NCBI GenBank assembly: GCA_017554365.1
Contig: JAFZIM010000052.1
Coordinates: 1-41,526, forward strand
Length of the DNA: 41,526 nucleotides
Direction of reading: 5' to 3'
Origin: Alphaproteobacteria bacterium
GTDB taxonomy: Bacteria > Pseudomonadota > Alphaproteobacteria > Rs-D84
Positions 22,711-32,360 of this stretch are shown one piece after another. The stretch's first letter is position 1, and every line of letters begins with the position of its first letter. The notes beneath the pieces were generated by a model, which saw nothing but the letters and a program-made list of their open reading frames with translations, had not been told where the DNA came from and made no database searches. Position numbers and translations under genes: made by a program.

Positions 22711-24885
22711 ATGAAAATATCAAATACATTTGGTTTTATGATGACGAGTTTGGCTGTCATGGCGACTTGTAGCGGTTTTGCTGCAAATAATGGACGCAGT
22801 ATGATGCAACAGGCAACTAATGTTGCTCGTATGCCGACAATGCCTGTCGTATCAATAAATTCTGTGGGAAATCCTGCTGTGCAAAATATAAATTTGCCTG
22901 TCAATAACAATACAGGTAGTATTATTCCTACACCTGTACCAAATCCAGATACCCCAACTCCAAATCCTTCTAAGTGCGAAGATGGTGGTGTAGAAAATTC
23001 TACTTATACTGCATCTATGTGTATGAATGATATTTTACAATGTATCAATACAGGCGCTTTGCAGGGCGGTTTGAATGATATGTTTAACGAAGATGTCCGT
23101 AATGCTATTATGGGCGGAATGCGTATCTGTCAAATGCATGTTGATAAATGTATTACCGAAGTTCGTGTAAATTGTAAAAATGTTTATCATGAAGCAACTG
23201 ATGTATGGCTTGATTTCAATTCAAGAATTGTTCAACCAGAATATTATAATTTCGTATTGCGTAAAACTGGGTTGACACCACATCAGGCAGAAAATACATG
23301 TTTGTTGTTGGATAGAAATGCTTATGGTTCTTCTTTCGCAGCGGTTTCTGATACAAATGTTGTAAATACAGAATACAATAATTTGGTCGGTGCATATAAT
23401 TCTGCAAATGGTGGAACTTTGTCCAAAGATAATCCACAAGGTGTTGCAGTAAATACCGTTGGTTATGATGGAAACCGCGGTCATTATGCACGTTGGGACG
23501 CATCTAATGCTGAATGTTTAATCCGTGTTGGTGCTTATAACAAAGATAAATCTATTACAAACAGCTGGTTGTTTGGTGCTGTGGGTAATGATAATGTTGC
23601 AGAAGTTTGGCAGAAAGCCGGTTCTACATTTACTTGCAACAAAGATTTGTTCGGATTTTCTTTGATGAATGATACAAAGACAGCCGCAGTTATCGGTGTT
23701 GGTGGTGGTACTTTGGTTGGTGCTGCTATCGGTGCTGGTGCAGGTGCTGCTGTGTATAACAAGAAAGCCAAAGAAGCCCAAGCAGAAAGCGATAGATTAG
23801 CAGAACAGGGTGCTAACCCATGTAATGACGAAGAATATCGTAAAAAATTGTCTGCAAAAATTATGCAAACACCTGATCGTAAAGATGAAGTGTTGAAAAC
23901 TTATTTGTATGAATCTGTTAACTTAAAGACAGATAATCAGGGTAAAAAGCAAGCTGAAATTGATACTGCTTCTTCAAACAAATTGTTTGGCCCAGATACA
24001 GATTGGTACAATTTAAACAAAGAACAATGCGATGCAATTTTGGGATTGTATTCAAAAGCTGCTGTGTATAAAGACGCTATTGAAAAATGTAGAAATGTCG
24101 ATACTAACAGGGTTATTTTGAATCAAATGCCATCAAATCAAACTGCATTTGAAAAATTGGAAATTGTTGATGCTTATGGCAATAAATTGTTGATGTCTGG
24201 TTCTGTTCAATGTGGTATGGCAAACAATATCACAGATAATCAGGTCAGAACATTTAATGAAACTTGCTTGTTCGTTCCATTACAGGTCGGTTTCGCAGTA
24301 GAACATAATGATTCACCTTTCTGTAATCACAATGGTAAATGCTTAACAGTTAACCAAATTGAAAACGAATTAAGCAGAATGAAATCATTGTTGACAAAGA
24401 TTGAACCTGTTGTTCCTGCTGGTATTGCAAGTGGTGAAACAAAATTAAGCAAGGGCAAAGAAATCGGTAAAGGTCTTGCTATCGGTGCTGTCACAGGTGC
24501 TGCTGCTGGTGGTTTAGCAACTGCAATTACAGCATTCGTAGAACGTAGCAACATTACATGTAAAGTCGGTGATGGTTTGAATTCTGTTGCATTGGGTAAA
24601 TCTCATACCATAGATTCTTTGAAAGATTTCTATGTAAAATGGAATTTACATTTACCTGATACAGTATCCCCAACATCTGCTGTTGTTGACAGAACATCTT
24701 GGGATGCTGCATGTGCACAATTCAATGGCAAATTACATGATTGTCCACGTGTTCAAATCAATTTGAAAAATGCACATGGTAAATATACTTTGGTTCAAGG
24801 CGCATGTGTTGTTTCAGGTTCAATTTGTATAACAAATGATTCTGTTGCAGCATCACATGGTGCAGCATCACATGATGCAGAATAA
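22711..24885 (+). CDS. P7: cysteine-rich envelope protein with two glycine-zipper-like hydrophobic segments (724 aa); unknown function
   Basis: ATG at 22711 follows GGGGGAAAG. Signal peptide MKISNTFGFMMTSLAVMATCSGFA. A Pro-rich linker (PTPVPNPDTPTPNPS) follows. Cys occur throughout. Gly/Ala segments are TAAVIGVGGGTLVGAAIGAGAGAAVY (23680-23757) and GLAIGAVTGAAAGGLATAITAFV (24472-24540). Confidence 0.88.
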   Translation: MKISNTFGFMMTSLAVMATCSGFAANNGRSMMQQATNVARMPTMPVVSINSVGNPAVQNINLPVNNNTGSIIPTPVPNPDTPTPNPSKCEDGGVENSTYTASMCMNDILQCINTGALQGGLNDMFNEDVRNAIMGGMRICQMHVDKCITEVRVNCKNVYHEATDVWLDFNSRIVQPEYYNFVLRKTGLTPHQAENTCLLLDRNAYGSSFAAVSDTNVVNTEYNNLVGAYNSANGGTLSKDNPQGVAVNTVGYDGNRGHYARWDASNAECLIRVGAYNKDKSITNSWLFGAVGNDNVAEVWQKAGSTFTCNKDLFGFSLMNDTKTAAVIGVGGGTLVGAAIGAGAGAAVYNKKAKEAQAESDRLAEQGANPCNDEEYRKKLSAKIMQTPDRKDEVLKTYLYESVNLKTDNQGKKQAEIDTASSNKLFGPDTDWYNLNKEQCDAILGLYSKAAVYKDAIEKCRNVDTNRVILNQMPSNQTAFEKLEIVDAYGNKLLMSGSVQCGMANNITDNQVRTFNETCLFVPLQVGFAVEHNDSPFCNHNGKCLTVNQIENELSRMKSLLTKIEPVVPAGIASGETKLSKGKEIGKGLAIGAVTGAAAGGLATAITAFVERSNITCKVGDGLNSVALGKSHTIDSLKDFYVKWNLHLPDTVSPTSAVVDRTSWDAACAQFNGKLHDCPRVQINLKNAHGKYTLVQGACVVSGSICITNDSVAASHGAASHDAE

Positions 24886-24907
24886 ACCAAATAAAGATAA
24901 ATAAAAA

Positions 24908-24933
24908 CACCGCTATGTCAGCGGTGTTTTTTT
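24908..24933 (+). terminator. Rho-independent terminator after P7
   Basis: CACCGCT (24908-24914) / AGCGGTG (24920-24926), loop ATGTC, T-run at 24927-24933. Confidence 0.75.
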
Positions 24934-24972
24934 ATGAAAGAAAAAATATATATAAAATAAAAGCCGTTTTCT

Positions 24973-26073
24973 TTACGCGGCTTTTTTCATGTTCTTTTTG
25001 ATTTCACGGATATATTGTCTTAATTCATCGATGGCAACCAATGAACCATCTTTCTTTTGTGCAGACCAATAATCCCAACCATTAAAACTGACACTATGTT
25101 GTATTCGGGCAGCCATTACATGAATTGATGCTTTGCCATACAAAGTATGTGTTAATTGTCCATCATGTGTTATCATAACGCGATCACCACGTGGGCCAAC
25201 TAATGTTTGTCCGACATATAATAAACCAGCGTCAATTAATTCGCTAAATGCAACCTTTATCAATTCACGTTTTGGTGTGCTGACTTCTATGCCAGATAAA
25301 TCAATTGGTTTTGCATTATTTACACGTTCACGTGCTGCTTTGACATAAGTTTCTTCGCGGTCTATGCCAATAAATTGACGACCTAATTCTTTTGCTGCAA
25401 CAGCAGTTGTGCCTGAACCAACAAATGGGTCAAGTATAATATCCCCAGGTTTTGTTGATGACAATATTACACGATGCAACAATTCCAAAGGTTTTTGTGT
25501 GTTATGTAAACTTTTTCCGTTTTCATCTTTGACGCGTTCTTCACCCAAACAAATATTCATTTCCCAATCAGAACGCATTTGTTTTCCACCATTTAATTTT
25601 TTCATGGTTTCATAATTAAATGTATATTTTCCCGTCTTTTGTGGAACAGCCCAAATCAAAGTTTCATGTGCGTTTGTAAATCTTGTTCCACGAAAATTAG
25701 GCATAGGATTTGTTTTTACCCAAACAATATCATTTAAAATCCAAAAACCCATATTTTGTAATATTGCACCAATTCTGAAAATATTATGATAAGAACCAAT
25801 AACCCACATTGCACCATTTGGTTTTAAAATTCTTTTACATTCTGCCATCCATTGACGCGTAAATTCATCGTATTGTTCTGGTGATTCAAAAGCGTCCCAA
25901 CTATCACGGACAGCACGTGCGGCTGTTTGGTCTTCTGGTCTGAAAAGAGTTTTTTCACCCAATTGTAAATTGTATGGGGAATCAGCGAAAATCGCATCAA
26001 CTGATGCGTCTGGGATACCGCGCATCACTTCTATGCAATCACCACATAAAATTTGGTTCAAATATTTTTGCAT
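24973..26073 (-). CDS. ccrM: CcrM-type N6-adenine DNA methyltransferase (beta class; expected GANTC specificity)
   Basis: 366 aa, collinear with Caulobacter CcrM as I recall it: ILCGDCIEVM, FADSPYNLQLG (motif IV appears as DSPY), WVIGSYHNIFR, GFWILNDIVW, NPMPNF.GTRF.NAHETLIWA, MRSDWE, HNTQKP, ILDPF.GSGTT. It also has the C-terminal extension of about 80 aa. Confidence 0.93.
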   Translation of the reverse strand: MQKYLNQILCGDCIEVMRGIPDASVDAIFADSPYNLQLGEKTLFRPEDQTAARAVRDSWDAFESPEQYDEFTRQWMAECKRILKPNGAMWVIGSYHNIFRIGAILQNMGFWILNDIVWVKTNPMPNFRGTRFTNAHETLIWAVPQKTGKYTFNYETMKKLNGGKQMRSDWEMNICLGEERVKDENGKSLHNTQKPLELLHRVILSSTKPGDIILDPFVGSGTTAVAAKELGRQFIGIDREETYVKAARERVNNAKPIDLSGIEVSTPKRELIKVAFSELIDAGLLYVGQTLVGPRGDRVMITHDGQLTHTLYGKASIHVMAARIQHSVSFNGWDYWSAQKKDGSLVAIDELRQYIREIKKNMKKAA

Positions 26074-26258
26074 TATTTAAAATCTCTCTCTATGATTCCC
26101 GACTATGTCTTTAATGTATTTTATCATATTTTAAGGGTATAAAAAAGCGTTCAACGAATCGGTTTGAAAAAAAAACACTTGATTTTTTTAAAAAAGCAAT
26201 TTTTTTATAGTAATTTATTGCTTTACTTATCTATGTTTTTTTTCTATCTTTATAGATT

Positions 26259-26759
26259 ATGAGATGTCCATATTGTAATTCTACAGACAGCAGGGTGGCA
26301 GATTCCCGCCCAGATAGTGGCGATGCGGTTATAAGACGCAGACGTGTCTGTAATCAATGCGGTGCTAAATTTACAACGGTTGAACGTATTCAAATGCGTG
26401 ATTTGGTTGTTATAAAAAATTCTGGAAAAACAGAACCTTTTGATAGGGATAAATTATTTCGTTCTATCAAATTAGCATGTCGTAATCGTGATGTTCAAGA
26501 TGATCAGATAGACCGCTTGGTTGCTTCTATACAAAGACGTCTTGAAACAGAAAGTGCTGATGATACAGTGACAAGTGCTCAGGTCGGACAAATGGTTTCT
26601 GATTCTTTGTTGAATTTGGACCCAATCGCATTTATAAGATTTGTTTCTGTGTATAGAAAGTTTTCTAAGGTATCTGATTTCAAAAAAATTATTAACCAAA
26701 TTCCAGAAGCAGATGATGATGCTGCAGTTTGCAAATTACCAAAAACAACATTGTTCTGA
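26259..26759 (+). CDS. nrdR: Transcriptional repressor NrdR (zinc ribbon plus ATP-cone)
   Basis: MRCPYCNSTDSRVADSR…RRRRVCNQCGAKFTTVERI is the canonical NrdR zinc ribbon. An ATP-cone follows. Confidence 0.93.
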   Translation: MRCPYCNSTDSRVADSRPDSGDAVIRRRRVCNQCGAKFTTVERIQMRDLVVIKNSGKTEPFDRDKLFRSIKLACRNRDVQDDQIDRLVASIQRRLETESADDTVTSAQVGQMVSDSLLNLDPIAFIRFVSVYRKFSKVSDFKKIINQIPEADDDAAVCKLPKTTLF

Positions 26760-26764
26760 AAAAT

Positions 26765-28489
26765 ATGAAAAAAATTATCGCATTTTTTGTGGCTTGTTTT
26801 TTACCACTTGTTTCTGTGGCAAATGAATCTTTGGATATTTTATCAGAAGAAGATGCTGCTGTTTATCAACAGATTTTTTTATTGCAGGACAAAGAAAAAA
26901 TTGATTCAGCAAAAAAATTAGAAAGTAAATTATTGGATAAATCTTTGATGAACGAAGTTTTATATCAAAGATATGTTTCTAAAACTTATCATACACGCGG
27001 TGTTGAATTGCAGGCATGGATGCAAAAATATTATGATATGCCGGGTGCTGACAGATTGGCAAAAATTGCAAAAATGAAAGGTGCTTCTGTAAGACAACCT
27101 AATACATCAAAAATTATAACAGGCAAAGAATATATTGAAACAGCACAATCTGAAAATTGGACTGCAAAAACATATAAAGAAAGCACAACGAAAATCATAG
27201 ATAAATTTAAAAAAGCGATTCGTAGTGGTTCTTCAAAAAATGCACGACTTATATTGGAAGATAAATCTTTTAGAAAAAGTATCACAGAAGCAGATTATGG
27301 ACGTTTAGCAGGAAGATTATCTTTTCTTTATTACACAAATGGTGAATTTGAATTAGCAAAAAAATGGGGATTTATTGCTTCTGATGCAAATTCTGAATAT
27401 GGATTGTGGTCTATGGGGTTGCTTTATTTCAAAGAACAAAAATACAAAGAAAGTAAAATTTATTTCAGCCGAATTTTAACGCTTAATCAAATCAATAATG
27501 CACGTAAAACAGAAGCGGCTTTTTGGGCTGGTCGTGCAGCAGATATAAATGGTGATGATGACGATGCAGAAAAATATTGGAAAATTGCTGCTGCATATCC
27601 GATGACTTTTTATGGTGCGTTGGCGACAACTATGTTGGGTGATGTACCTGATTATGTTTTTTATGACCAAGAATGTTCTGACGAAGATATAATTGAATTG
27701 CGTCAACATAAATATGGAAAAATGGCGTTGGCTTTGATTCAGGTTGGTCGTAAAGACAGGGCAGAACAATATTTAAAACATTTAATAACATCAAAATCAT
27801 CTGATAAAACTTTGCATGCTGTGAATGCAGTGTCTTCAATGTATGGTTTGCCACGTGTTTCTATATTGGTTTCTAATGTTATGCGTGATAGGGGAATTTT
27901 AGAAATCAATGATGATATTATTTATTCTGCGCAATATCCATTACCTAATTGGGAACCTTTGGGTGGTTGGTCTATTGATAGGGCTTTGTTATTAGCAATA
28001 ACAAAACAAGAAAGTGGTTTTAAAACAAATGCTAAATCTGGTGCTGGTGCAAATGGGGTGATGCAGATTATGCCAAATACTGCAAAACGTGTTGCACGTA
28101 AAAATGATGTTAAAATGTCTGAAATAGATATGTCTAAACCTGAACATAATATGTTTTTAGGACAACAATATATTGTCGATTTATTACAACATCAATTGAT
28201 TCAAAATAATATTATAAAAATGTTGGTTGCTTATAATGCAGGTATGGGAAATTTAGTTAAATTTGAAAAAACTTTTTCTACATCTGATCCATTGTTATTC
28301 ATAGAAAGTTTTACTGCGTATGAAACAAGAAATTATATAAAACGTGTTATGTCTAATTTATGGTTGTATCGTGCAAGATTAAATCAACCATTAAATTCTT
28401 TGAAAGAATTGGCAGATGGACAATGGCCACTTTATAACAGCGAAGACGAATATGTGCAAAGTCAAATCGCTGATAGATTATCTTTGTAA
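26765..28489 (+). CDS. slt: Soluble lytic murein transglycosylase (Slt70-like)
   Basis: Start trimmed to the ATG at 26765 (signal peptide MKKIIAFFVACFLPLVSVA). N-terminal helical-repeat region. C-terminal SLT domain with the motifs TKQESGF, GANGVMQIMPNTA and AYNAG. Confidence 0.85.
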   Translation: MKKIIAFFVACFLPLVSVANESLDILSEEDAAVYQQIFLLQDKEKIDSAKKLESKLLDKSLMNEVLYQRYVSKTYHTRGVELQAWMQKYYDMPGADRLAKIAKMKGASVRQPNTSKIITGKEYIETAQSENWTAKTYKESTTKIIDKFKKAIRSGSSKNARLILEDKSFRKSITEADYGRLAGRLSFLYYTNGEFELAKKWGFIASDANSEYGLWSMGLLYFKEQKYKESKIYFSRILTLNQINNARKTEAAFWAGRAADINGDDDDAEKYWKIAAAYPMTFYGALATTMLGDVPDYVFYDQECSDEDIIELRQHKYGKMALALIQVGRKDRAEQYLKHLITSKSSDKTLHAVNAVSSMYGLPRVSILVSNVMRDRGILEINDDIIYSAQYPLPNWEPLGGWSIDRALLLAITKQESGFKTNAKSGAGANGVMQIMPNTAKRVARKNDVKMSEIDMSKPEHNMFLGQQYIVDLLQHQLIQNNIIKMLVAYNAGMGNLVKFEKTFSTSDPLLFIESFTAYETRNYIKRVMSNLWLYRARLNQPLNSLKELADGQWPLYNSEDEYVQSQIADRLSL

Positions 28490-28508
28490 AAATTAAAAGG
28501 TGCCACTT

Positions 28509-29135
28509 ATGAGAAAAAATCCTGATTTTGAAATAGAAAAAAATTGTGGCAAAAAAATCATAGCAGGTGTTGATGAAGCAGGGCGTGGGCCATTATGTGG
28601 GCCTGTGGTCGCAGGTGCGGTTATTTTTCTTAAATATGAATTTGATAATATGCCTCTTATTACCGATTCGAAAAAGATGTCAGAACATCAAAGGGAAATC
28701 GCATACGATTGGATAACAAATAATCCTGATATTATATGGGGTGTCGGTCAATGCAGTGCCAAAGAAATTGATGAAATAAATATTTTACAGGCATCTTTAT
28801 TAGCGATGACACGTGCAGTAAATGAATTAAAAATAAAACCTGAATATTGTTTAATTGATGGAAATAAAATGCCAAAAGATTTAATCGGGCAATCTGTGGT
28901 CAAAGGTGATGCAACATCTTTATCTATTGCGGCGGCTTCTATCATAGCAAAACAGACAAGGGATAAAATCATGCGTGATTTATCAAAACAATATCCACAA
29001 TATTGTTGGGATAAAAATGCTGGGTATCCAACACAACAACATTTGCAAGCCATAGATAAATATGGTATAAATGAACATTATAGAAAAACTTATCGTCCTG
29101 TAAAAGAAAGGATATTAAAAAATGGAAATGCGTAA
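28509..29135 (+). CDS. rnhB: Ribonuclease HII
   Basis: IAGVDEAGRGPLCGPVVAGAV is the catalytic motif, together with the DSKK motif. The ATG at 28509 has better spacing from AAAGG than the GTG at 28500. Confidence 0.93.
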   Translation: MRKNPDFEIEKNCGKKIIAGVDEAGRGPLCGPVVAGAVIFLKYEFDNMPLITDSKKMSEHQREIAYDWITNNPDIIWGVGQCSAKEIDEINILQASLLAMTRAVNELKIKPEYCLIDGNKMPKDLIGQSVVKGDATSLSIAAASIIAKQTRDKIMRDLSKQYPQYCWDKNAGYPTQQHLQAIDKYGINEHYRKTYRPVKERILKNGNA

Positions 29136-30318
29136 ATTATCTGATTTAACTTTCAATGAATTAAACGGCAAATATGTTTTATTGCGTGAAGATTTTAATG
29201 TGCAAATTGTTGGTAGAAAAATTACTGACGCTTTTCGTATAGACGCTGCAAAACCAACATTGAAATTTTTGGTTGATAATGGTGCAAAGGTTGTTATTTG
29301 TGCACACCTTGGGCGACCAAGTGGTGAATATGTCAAAGATTTATCTTTGGATATAATTGCAGATTATATGAAGATTCCTTTTGTAAAAGATTGCTTGGAA
29401 AAAGATTTTTTAACTGATATGAAAAATGGCGATGTTGTGTTAATGGAAAATTTGCGTTTTTATATTGGTGAAGAAAAAAATGAAGATGAATTCGCAAAAA
29501 AATTAGCAGAAGGTTTTGATTTATATGTAAATGATGCTTTTGCTGTATCTCATCGTTCTGCTGCGAGTATAGTTGGTATTACAAAATATTTGCCATCGTA
29601 TGCTGGAATTTTATTAGATAAAGAAATAACAAATCTTGATGCTGTGTTGCATAATCCGGAACGTCCTTTGGTTGCGTATGTCGGTGGTGGCAAAGTTTCA
29701 ACAAAGATAGATGTATTAAAAAAGATTTCTTCTATTGCTGATAAAATGGTTATTGGTGGTGCGATGGGAACAACATTTAATTATGCATTGAAATTACCAG
29801 TAGGAGATTCTTTGTGTGAAAAAACTATGGCTAGGACCGCTATAATGATAATGTTGGAAGCCACAGAAAATGAATGTGATTTATATTTGCCTTTGGATAA
29901 AGGTGTCGGCAAAGAATTTAATAAAGATGCAGAACGTGAAAATCGTGATGTCAAAGATATTCGTGATGATGATATTATTATGGACGATGGTACTAAAACC
30001 ATAGAAAGAAACATAGAATTATTAAAAACTGCAAAAACTATTATTTGGAATGGGCCTTTTGGTGTTACTGAATTTGGTGAAAAATGGGGCAAATCATCTT
30101 ATGAATTTGCAAGGGCATTGGCAGAATACACTAAATCAGGCAAAGTTAACAGCATTGTTGGCGGTGGTGATACGGTTGCAGTATTAAATGCATGCGGTGT
30201 TTTAGATGATATCAGTTATGTTTCTACTGGGGGTGGGGCATTTCTTGAATTCATAGAAGGCAAAAAATTGCCTGGAATTATCGCTTTGGAAGACAATTTT
30301 AAAAATTTTTCTATATAA
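29122..30318 (+). CDS. pgk: Phosphoglycerate kinase
   Basis: 398 aa. LREDFNVQ…ITDAFRIDAAKPTLKFLVDNGAKVVICAHLGRP and C-terminal STGGGAFLEF. Overlaps the rnhB 3' end by 14 nt. The start could instead be the ATG at 29128. Confidence 0.94.
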   Translation: MEMRKLSDLTFNELNGKYVLLREDFNVQIVGRKITDAFRIDAAKPTLKFLVDNGAKVVICAHLGRPSGEYVKDLSLDIIADYMKIPFVKDCLEKDFLTDMKNGDVVLMENLRFYIGEEKNEDEFAKKLAEGFDLYVNDAFAVSHRSAASIVGITKYLPSYAGILLDKEITNLDAVLHNPERPLVAYVGGGKVSTKIDVLKKISSIADKMVIGGAMGTTFNYALKLPVGDSLCEKTMARTAIMIMLEATENECDLYLPLDKGVGKEFNKDAERENRDVKDIRDDDIIMDDGTKTIERNIELLKTAKTIIWNGPFGVTEFGEKWGKSSYEFARALAEYTKSGKVNSIVGGGDTVAVLNACGVLDDISYVSTGGGAFLEFIEGKKLPGIIALEDNFKNFSI

Positions 30319-30362
30319 TCCTTGTAAAAAGGTAAATTTTTCCTATTTATATTCTATAAAAA

Positions 30363-30392
30363 TTGGCGAATCGGTCATTTTTATGGTATAAT
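30363..30392 (+). promoter_or_regulatory. Promoter candidate for clpP-clpX
   Basis: TTGGCG (30363-30368), 18-nt spacer, TATAAT (30387-30392), with TG at 30384-30385. Confidence 0.35.
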
Positions 30393-30418
30393 TCACAAGT
30401 AAAAAAAGGATATTTAAT

Positions 30419-30997
30419 ATGTTAGTCCCAGTTGTAATTGAAGAATCTAATAAAGGCGAACGTTCTTTTGACATATATTCTAGATTATTACGCGATAGAA
30501 TTATTATGTTGTCTGGAATGGTAGAACCTGCGATGGCAAATACTATCGTTGCACAATTATTATTCTTGGAATCTGAAAATCCAAATGCTGATATTTCTTT
30601 GTATATCAATACCCCTGGTGGTGATGTTAATGCAGGTTGGGCAATTATGGATACAATGCAATATATTAAACCAAATGTGTCAACTATTGGTATGGGGTTG
30701 GTTGCTTCTATGGGGGCTGTGTTGTTGGCAGCTGGTGCAAAAGGTAAAAGATTTGTTTTACCAAATACAGAAATAATGATTCATCAACCATCTGCTGGTA
30801 CTCAGGGTAAAGTGACAGATATGGAAATTTATATGAACGAAACCCAAAGAGTCAAAAAAGTTTTAACAAAACAAATGGCAGAATTTACTGGTAAAAAAGA
30901 AAAAGAAGTATTTGATGCCATGGAACGTGATAATTGGATGAGTGCTGAAGAAGCAAAAAAATTCGGCTTAATCGACGGAATTTTAACACGTAAATAA
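30419..30997 (+). CDS. clpP: ATP-dependent Clp protease proteolytic subunit
   Basis: 192 aa. [24 protein letters not shown], the active-site context [11 protein letters not shown], and IMIHQP. Confidence 0.97.
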   Translation: MLVPVVIEESNKGERSFDIYSRLLRDRIIMLSGMVEPAMANTIVAQLLFLESENPNADISLYINTPGGDVNAGWAIMDTMQYIKPNVSTIGMGLVASMGAVLLAAGAKGKRFVLPNTEIMIHQPSAGTQGKVTDMEIYMNETQRVKKVLTKQMAEFTGKKEKEVFDAMERDNWMSAEEAKKFGLIDGILTRK

Positions 30998-31023
30998 AAT
31001 CTTATAAATTCAGGGTTTATAAA

Positions 31024-32286
31024 ATGAGTGATGATAAAAAACAGAATACGCCAGAAAATCCACAACAATTTTGTAGTTTTTGTGGCAAATCTGTATATGA
31101 AGTAAAAAAATTAGTCAGCAGTCGTAATGTTTGCATTTGTGATGAATGTATAAATTTATGTAATGATATTATGGCTGATGAAAAAAAATCGCGTATAAAT
31201 CGTGATGCGGCTAAATTGCCAACACCATCAGAAATTTATAAATATCTGAATGATTATGTCATTGGTCAAGATGATGCAAAACGCACATTGTCAGTGGCGG
31301 TATATAACCATTATAAAAGAAATAGTGCAGCGATTGCTTCTAATGTAGAAATTCAGAAATCAAATATTTTGATGATTGGTTCTACTGGAACTGGTAAAAC
31401 ATTATTTGCACAAACTTTGGCTCGTGTTTTAGATGTTCCTTTTGCTATTGCTGATGCGACTACTTTGACAGAAGCAGGTTATGTCGGTGATGATGTGGAA
31501 TCTGTGTTAACACGTTTATTACAAAATGCTAATTTTGATGTTGAACGCGCACAAAAGGGTATAATCTATATCGATGAAATTGATAAGATTTCAAGAAAAT
31601 CTGAAAACCCATCTTTGACACGCGATGTTTCAGGTGAAGGCGTTCAGCAAGCATTGTTAAAATTAATTGAAGGTACAATTGCAAATGTTCCTGCGGGTGG
31701 TGGCGGACGTAAACATCCTGGGGAAACAATGGTTCAATTAGACACAAGTAAAATATTATTTATTTGTGGTGGTGCTTTTGATGGGTTGAATAAAATAATT
31801 GCAAACAGAACTTCTACACGTGCCGGTATTGGTTTCGGTGCAGAAATTTCAGATAAGAAAGAACGCGAAGACAAAAATAGATTAAGCGATGTTCAATCTG
31901 CTGATTTGGTAAAGTTTGGAATTATACCTGAATTGATTGGTCGTTTGCCAATTGTCACAACTTTGGAACCATTAGATGAAAAAGCATTGGTTAAAATTTT
32001 GACAGAACCAAAGAATGCTATTGTTAAACAATATGCTGCAATGCTTGAAATGGATGGAATAAAATTAAATGTCACAAAAGACGGATTGAATGCAATTGCA
32101 AAAATGGCTACGGAAAGAAAAACTGGGGCACGTGGTTTGCGTTCAATTTTGGAAAAGATTTTATTGCAACCTATGTTTGAAGCACCTGATAAAAAAGGTT
32201 TGCAAGAAATAGTCATAGATGCAGAAGTTGTTAATGGTAAAAAAGCACCAATGGAAATATTTACTGAATCTAAGAAAGCTGCGTAA
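31024..32286 (+). CDS. clpX: ATP-dependent Clp protease ATP-binding subunit ClpX
   Basis: 420 aa. N-terminal zinc-binding CSFCGK…[10 protein letters not shown], Walker [18 protein letters not shown], and the GARGLRS sensor motif. Confidence 0.97.
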   Translation: MSDDKKQNTPENPQQFCSFCGKSVYEVKKLVSSRNVCICDECINLCNDIMADEKKSRINRDAAKLPTPSEIYKYLNDYVIGQDDAKRTLSVAVYNHYKRNSAAIASNVEIQKSNILMIGSTGTGKTLFAQTLARVLDVPFAIADATTLTEAGYVGDDVESVLTRLLQNANFDVERAQKGIIYIDEIDKISRKSENPSLTRDVSGEGVQQALLKLIEGTIANVPAGGGGRKHPGETMVQLDTSKILFICGGAFDGLNKIIANRTSTRAGIGFGAEISDKKEREDKNRLSDVQSADLVKFGIIPELIGRLPIVTTLEPLDEKALVKILTEPKNAIVKQYAAMLEMDGIKLNVTKDGLNAIAKMATERKTGARGLRSILEKILLQPMFEAPDKKGLQEIVIDAEVVNGKKAPMEIFTESKKAA

Positions 32287-32310
32287 ATATTAAAGATTAA
32301 AATAAAAATA

Positions 32311-32343
32311 AAAATTCGATGTTAAATCGAATTTTTATTTTTT
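32311..32343. terminator. Bidirectional terminator between convergent clpX and P4
   Basis: AAAATTCGAT (32311-32320) / ATCGAATTTT (32326-32335), loop GTTAA. T-rich downstream and A-rich upstream. Confidence 0.65.
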
Positions 32344-32360
32344 CTTAGATAATTGTATTT

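Noticed and set aside
26094-26160. Two GANTC sites (GATTC 26094-26098, GAATC 26156-26160) in the divergent ccrM/nrdR intergenic region, as possible CcrM autoregulatory methylation sites.
   Set aside because: At this base composition GANTC is expected roughly once per 300 nt. Two sites in about 185 nt is not significant without genome-wide statistics.
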